Shown: piece after piece, positions 57,841 through 64,000 of the stretch
How positions within the stretch are numbered: the stretch's first letter is position 1
How the letters are laid out: every line of letters begins with the position of its first letter
NCBI GenBank assembly: GCA_009914755.4
Contig: CP068257.2
Coordinates: forward strand, 42,112,001 to 42,176,000
Length of the DNA: 64,000 bases
Reading direction: 5' to 3'
DNA from: the human T2T-CHM13v2.0 reference genome, Homo sapiens
The notes under the pieces: model-generated
What the model saw: the letters and a program-made list of their open reading frames with translations, nothing else
Database searches by the model: none
Told to the model about the DNA's origin: nothing
Translations under genes and position numbers: made by a program

Positions 57841-58800
57841 CATAATGTCCTACTCTTGCCTGAAGGCTCTGAGCCGTTCGGGTCTCCTGGACACGGAGAA
57901 GCCACAGCCCAGTGCCACCTGTCCTTTTCTCTCCGCTGCTCACAGGGGCCGAGGTCTGCACACCCATGGCTGCCCCAGGCTGCCCGCCAGGAGCTGCCTT
58001 TTCCCTGGCCAGGCTGTTTCTCAGCCCTGCGGTTCCCAAGGAAACGGGCTTCCAGGCAAGCCCGGGTGGAGTTCACTTTTCTCCCAATTGGAATTCGGCT
58101 GAATTGAATCCAGCCTCTGCTCCCCTCACCTCCGCATCCTGAATTTCTGCTCCCAGCTCCCTCGGCCTGGGTCAGGTTGGGTGGGTGGTGACACCGTATT
58201 CTGGCCCTTGGGGTTTAGGTCAGAGGTGCTGGGGCCTGTGTGGGGTGATCATGGCACTCTGCGGAGAGGGAGGGAGCCAGGCCAGGAGGTCGGCTTGGCT
58301 GGAGACAGCCTGGTCCCACTGGGAGCCCTGGAGCACCTGGAGTTGGGCTGGCTGGGGCAGGAAGGTTGTCTTTTGGGCACCCCTCCAACCCGTCAATCAG
58401 CCGTGGGCTGCCCTTCCATTGAGATGTGGGGAAAACCTTGATGAGGTTTGTTCAAGGTGAATGTTCGTGAGGTGTGAGCCACTGCGCCTGGCACATGATG
58501 TCCTACTCCTGCCTCTCGCCTCAGGCAAGGGTCCGCAACAGCCGGGCTCAGCCTCTGTTTTGGAGGGAGGAAGGAAGGAAGCAGGAAGACTACCTGAAGC
58601 CCCCAGTAAGTGCAGTGGAGAAGATAGAGCAAGGTGAAGGGTTGGCCGTGTGGAGGGCGAGTGTGCGGTCAGGGGAGGGCTTCTTTGGGCAAATATTTGA
58701 CAGAGGCAAAGCCGGGAGCCAAGTGGATATTTGGGGCAGAGTGGGGTTGGCGGCAGGAGTAGCCAGTGCCAAGGCCCTGCAGGGGTGCACGGGTGTGTAG

Positions 58801-58972
58801 ACCGGTGAGAGGGCGTGGCAGCAGGGGAAAGGGGGGTGGGCGGGGGGGAGGGGGGGCGACCGGTGAGAGGGCGTGGCTGCAGGGGAAAGGTGGGTGGGCG
58901 GGGCGGGAGGCGGCCGGTGAGGGGGCGTGGCTGCAGGGGAAAGGGGGGTGGGCGGGGCAGGGGGGCGGCGGG
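58801..58972. repeat. Three tandem ~57-59 bp G-rich repeats (ACCGGTGAGAGGGCGTGGCTGCAGGGGAAAGGGGGGTGGGCGGGG..GGCG)
   Basis: Three head-to-tail copies with multiple G3-G7 runs; source of the Gly/Arg-rich artefact ORFs 58766..59068 and 58815..58997. Confidence 0.9.
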
Positions 58973-59471
58973 GAGAACAAGTGGCCCCATCCTTTGAGGC
59001 CGCTGTGTGAGTCTGCTCTGGTGGCCGTGACAAAGGACCACAGGCTGGGGCTTCAGCAACCCACATAGATTCTCCCACAGTCCCGGAGGCTGGGGCCCGA
59101 GGCCAGGGTGCAGTGGGGCTGGCTCCTGAGGCCTCTCTCCTGGGCTGGCACCTGGCGCCTCCTCCCCGTGTCCTCACAGGGCCGTTTTCCTGTGTGTCTG
59201 TGTCCTCATTGCCTCTTATAAAAACACAGGTAGGTTGGGTGGGGTCCACCCAAATAGCCTTATTTTAACTTAAAAAACTTTTCATGTTCTGGCTTCTCAA
59301 TTATTTTTTTTTAATTAAGGTATTTGTGACACTTAAAGATCATATATTTAAGATACAATTTGCTGATTTACAATCTAATTTTAATCTAATCTCCTCTCTT
59401 AAGACCCTACCTCCAAATACAGTCACAGCTGGGATCCTGGGGGAGTTAAGACTCCCACGTTCGGATTTTTG

Positions 59472-59545
59472 AGGGACACAGTTTGGCCCGTGACAGTCCC
59501 TTGCTGTCTGAGGGACACAGTTCGGCCCGTGACAGTCTCTGCTGT
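59472..59545. repeat. Short tandem duplication, ~35-bp unit x2 (gagggacacagtt[t/c]ggcccgtgacagtc..tgctgtct)
   Basis: gagggacacagtttggcccgtgacagtcccttgctgtctgagggacacagttcggcccgtgacagtctctgctgtctgagggacacc. A second ~40-bp duplication lies at about 59620-59700 (ggtcacc[t/a]ggtccc[c/t]tccgcaccctgggc). Confidence 0.8.
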
Positions 59546-61769
59546 CTGAGGGACACCGACCCCCTGTGCGTTTCCTGTCTCCAGCTGCCTGTGTCGGTCA
59601 CACATGTTATTCTCACGCGCTGGCCCTGGTCACCTGGTCCCCTCCGCACCCTGGGCACATGCCGGCCTTGGTCACCAGGTCCCTTCCGCACCCTGGGCCG
59701 TGCCGCACTTGGGTGGCATTTTGGGTGGAGCAGCCCCGGCCCCTGCCTCCCTCTCCTGCTGAGGGTTAACGGGGCCTGATCTCTGGGTGAGCTGCTGTGC
59801 CCTGTGCACTTCCGCCTCCAGGACCCTCAGCCACCACCAGGGCACAGCCCAGCTCAGCCAGGTGGTGAACGGACACAGGAGCTACTGGGGAGATTTGGCC
59901 CCAGGTCAGGTCCTGGCCTTGGGCGTGTGGCCCTTGTGGGGCCAGAAAACCTGTCCCTACCGCCCAGCAGGTGCTAGGGGATGACATAGCCCCTCCTGGA
60001 CATAGGCCCTCCTGCCACTCTCCCCCTGACCAGGAAGTCACCCCCAACTGCCCCTCTGACACTTTCCCTGTGAGAGGCAACCAGGCACCCCACAAAGCCT
60101 GCTGTGGGTTCTCCCAGACCCAGGCTGGAGGGACTGACCCATCAGCCACCTCCCCTCCACCCCTCCCCAACCCCCCTGGCCCCAGACAGCCTCTGTCCAC
60201 GAGGGGTGTGCCCCCGGAGCTGGCCACAGCCCCAGCAGGGACGGCAGCTCTGTGGGGCTGGTGGGGGGTGCCTCTGCAGGGCACAGGTGGACAAGAGGCC
60301 TCTCCTGCATGGCCTGCAGGAGGCCCAGCCTAGGAGGAGGGCTGAGGGCACCAAACGAGGCAAAGCCTGGGGGACCATGGTTGGGGTGGCCAAGGAAAGA
60401 AGGGGGGCAGCAGAGAGCGCCATCTGCTGCAGGCTGAGCTCAGGACGGAGGTCTGGGCACACTTGGCTTGGGGCAGGTGGCCGCCTTGTGTGGGTCGAGG
60501 AGGTGCAACCTGACCTGTGACCCAGTCCCTGGTTCTGAGGTCACAGCGAGGCCACTGGAGACCTCAACTGGCCGGGCCGTTCGCCGTGCAGGGTGGCTGC
60601 AGAGACCCGCTCAGCAGGTGCCCACTGTCACCCGGCCGGAACCAGCAGGCAGGCGTGGCAGGACAGACCACAGGGAGGATGCTGGAGGGGCCAGGGAAGC
60701 ACATTTAGCACACTTGGGGCTGCCTGTGGTCTGACGCCCCAGAGGGTGACACCTTTCGAGGCTCGAAGGCAGCTCAGGGCAGCTCCTCCCACACAAAGGC
60801 CTCCTCTGGGCTGTGAGGGTCAGTGTTTCTCCTGGGGCCCAGCCCTGGGGCCTCTTTGCATGCCCTCTGGGTGCCGGCTCAGGAGGGCACTGGCCCCAGG
60901 CCTGGCTCCGCCCCAGAAACCGGGTGGCTGTGTGTTAGCTGGGCAGTGGCTTCTGAGGGGCTGTACCAGGAGGCTCAGTGGGCATCCCCAGGGCTTCTCC
61001 TCAGTGCTGTGGTCCCACCCTAGACTGGGTAGCCAGCCTGGCGCCCTCCTCCCACATAGTGTCACAGACAGGCCCACCGACCCTGTGGGCTTGGGGTGGG
61101 ACAGCCAGGATCCCAGTCTCGGCAAGGCCTGGTACGGTGGGCGTCTCAGCTGCAGCCAGCATTGTGTCCGCCCCCTCCGCGAGGCAGTGTGTTTGTGATC
61201 AGAGCAGGAGTGTAGCCTGCTGGTTTCGGTACACGTAGAATGCGTGCCAGTGCACGCTAGCAGCATCTGTTGTGTTCCTTGTGCGGCAGCTCCATGCCAT
61301 GGCCAAGGTCTCAGTCTCTGTCCTGCTGATTGCTGGAGCAGGTGTGGTGGCCCATGTCCGAGGACGGCTGTGTCCTGGAGAGGTGGGCAGGGGCTGGGTT
61401 CATCTGCCTCTGGAGCCTGCTGGCAGCCTCCTCCCGGGTTTCATGGCTGGCAATCATGAAAGCTGCCTCGATGGTGGCGGGGCCCTGTTGATGTCAGATT
61501 GGCGTGGCCTCCTGAGAGTTCCTCCTGTGGGTGTGCGCAGGGCTTGCATGTGCAGGAAATGGACTCACCCTGGAGCTGGGCCCCCAGGGGCTGCCCCGGG
61601 CCTGGGTGGGGGCCGTGCCCTTGTCTGTCCGTCTCTCTGTCAGTCTGGCTTCTTCCTCTCCAACTCTACCTCTTTTGGGGTCTCCTTTCTGCTCTGTGTC
61701 ACCCCGGATAGCTTCTCCAGTGTGGAAGCTTTAACTTTCTGTTGTGTGTGTTTTTTGTTTTTGTTTTTG

Positions 61770-62039
<270 letters not shown>

Positions 62040-62050
<11 letters not shown>

Positions 62051-62175
62051 GGTGCACACAAACGCACACAAGCACACATATGCACATAGACACACAAGCA
62101 GATGCAGACACACACAGACACATACATGCATGCAAACACACATACACGTGCACACACTCATACACAAGTCCACAC
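62040..62175. repeat. Degenerate CA-rich low-complexity tract abutting the Alu
   Basis: cacacaaacgcacacaagcacacatatgcacatagacacacaagcagatgcagacacacacagacacatacatgcatgcaaacacacatacacgtgcacacactcatacacaagtccacacag. Source of the His/Thr-rich ORF 62010..62306 and the Cys/Val-rich ORF 62006..62398. Confidence 0.85.
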
Positions 62176-64000
62176 AGGCACTTCCTGTGATCTCCAAGCC
62201 TGAGGCTTTATGCTTGGTGGGTGGGGTCTGCCTCCACCCTCTGTCCAGACCAAGGACCCCCTCAGCCTGCAGAGCAGTGCTGCAGCTTCGGGAATGTGCT
62301 GTGTGAGCTCCCTTCTGTCTTAGACCCCCTCTTCCCTCTGAGCTCTGCGGTTGGAAGGTGGAACTTCTCCTCCTCCTATTTTCCTCCCCAACATTCACTG
62401 CCTTGTCTTTTGTTCTGCTTTCTGGGAGATGTTCTTGAATGTCCGAACTTCCTCCTGCATTTTAAATTTCTGCCCTCCCAGGTTTCATTTCCAAGAGCTC
62501 ATTTCTGCTCTCTGCTTGTTCTTTTTTTACAGCTTCCTGTTCCTGTTTCATGAGTGCAATGTCTTTTTTTCTTCATCTTTCCTGCTGTGGTGGGGTTTTC
62601 CAGCAGGAAAACTCAGAGCTGGGTGGGAGGGCTCTGCCATGGTTCGTGAGTTTGCTCCCCTTTCCCCATGGGCTGTGTTGGTTGAAAAGAACTCTCTCCC
62701 TCCCCCAACTCCTCGTCAAATTCAAATGCTCACAGGGTCTCCAATATTCAGCGACCTTTCATGGATTAAATTCTGAGCCATTCTTTTGCCCCTAGAAGGT
62801 TGTCCTCTATAGAATAGCGTAAAACTGTTAGGAGATTGTTAGAACAAAGTCTTGCAGGCACCTTCACTTGGCAGAAGAATCGATCAAACTCCATTTAGAA
62901 GGGAGCTCATTGAAGGGGCCTTGGTTTCCCGTTTCCTTTGTAACCAAGACAGTTCTTTCCAGAGGGAGTAGATTTGGCTTGACCCTGCATCTCAGCCCAG
63001 GTTCCCAGTGGCCACATGCCAACATTTGATGGGGGTGGGGAGGTGCAGTCCCAGGGGAGAGAGGAGGGGGGGGTGGGGAGAAGGGGAGGGAGGGAGAGCA
63101 GGCTGTGGCTCTGCAGTCCTGAGCTGGCCTCAGCCTTCAGAGAGGACAGTGGACATCCTGGAGAGGCCACGGGGAGCCACTGCATCCTGGAAGAGTTGAG
63201 TGTGGTAGCCTGAGCCCTGGCCTTGATTCTGCGACCTCGGGTGTGAACTCACCAGGTAGAAGACGGGGACGCTGGCAGGGACGCAGACCGTGCCTGAGCC
63301 GGCCTTCCTGTGTGGGCCCAGATACCGGCTCAGGTCCCACCTCCCCTGGTGCTGTCCACACCAGGACAGCAGAAGCCTCATGCCTGGTCCCCAGGGATAC
63401 GGTTCTGAATCAAAACCTCTCACGGCACATCGAATTGAGCCTGACCAACGCCTGGGTCCTGGCAGTGGAGGCTGGGAGGAGAGTGTCTGGGATTCTGTCC
63501 GGGGAGGCAGGGCTGTCACTGTGGGGAGCTATGAACATGGATGGGGCTTGCTGAAGAGACTCAAGCAGCTCGGGGGTCAGAACAGCTCCGAGAACCACGT
63601 CCTCCTCCCACTTTGGGATCTGGGCCAAGTCTCCCTGCCTGTCTGGGCCTTGGTTCCCTCCTCTGTAAGTGTGTGGAGGACAAGGTGACCTCTAAGACCT
63701 GTCCAGTTCTGGGGTCCCACCCCTGAGGACTTTGCAGCCTGGGCTGGCAGCCCTGAATGATACGGGGGACACCTGCAGGGGCCGCACCCCTGCATAGACT
63801 GCAGTTAATTCTGGGTTAAGCAAAGCCTGTGTTTCCCACACGGGCCCAGCTTCTGATGTCTGGAAAGATGAGGACCCGCACTTGCTTCCATCAGCAGCAT
63901 GTCCTGTGCACACGAAGGTTGCACCGTCCTAAAAACACCACTGCGATGACGATCTGAGCTTTTAAGTGTCTCCTGCTGTCTGCAGCACGTTGAGCAGAAC

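Overview
This window is human genomic DNA, not a prokaryotic accessory region. It carries ~45 Alu copies, MaLR LTRs, CpG islands and GT-AG introns, so nearly every ORF in the six-frame track is artefactual. By reading splice-consistent exons against protein sequences I recognise, I place two complete genes, arranged as on chromosome 21q22.3. (1) Cystatin B (CSTB) lies on the minus strand as 3 exons (98 aa; CDS 19881..19816, 18371..18270, 17942..17814). Its CpG-island promoter contains the dodecamer repeat CGCGGGGCGGGG (reverse complement of CCCCGCCCCGCG) whose expansion causes EPM1 (Unverricht-Lundborg). The repeat is present in 3 copies here, a normal allele, 175 bp upstream of the ATG. (2) RRP1 (NNP-1/Nop52) lies on the plus strand as 13 coding exons (461 aa, ATG 33241, TGA 47383..47385). 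It includes a 20-nt micro-exon and sits behind a CpG-island promoter with a perfect CRE palindrome. From the AATAAA at 5890 and the known gene order PDXK-CSTB-RRP1, the first ~5.9 kb is probably the long PDXK 3' UTR; this is an inference. The rest is intergenic or intronic sequence dominated by Alu elements, plus a THE1-type LTR and an MLT1-type LTR. Other repeats are a ~1 kb VNTR of 20-22 bp units (30.07-31.05 kb), a C-rich 16-bp-unit minisatellite (53.9-54.3 kb), three G-rich ~58-bp tandem repeats (58.8-59.0 kb) and degenerate CA/CG-rich tracts. I see no evidence of a novel biological system. The points worth a second look are regulatory motifs (a perfect CLEAR/E-box palindrome GTCACGTGAC at the CSTB promoter, the CRE at RRP1) and polymorphism-prone tandem repeats. 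All coordinates are hand-counted and may be off by a few bases for repeat boundaries; exon boundaries were checked for frame and GT/AG consistency.
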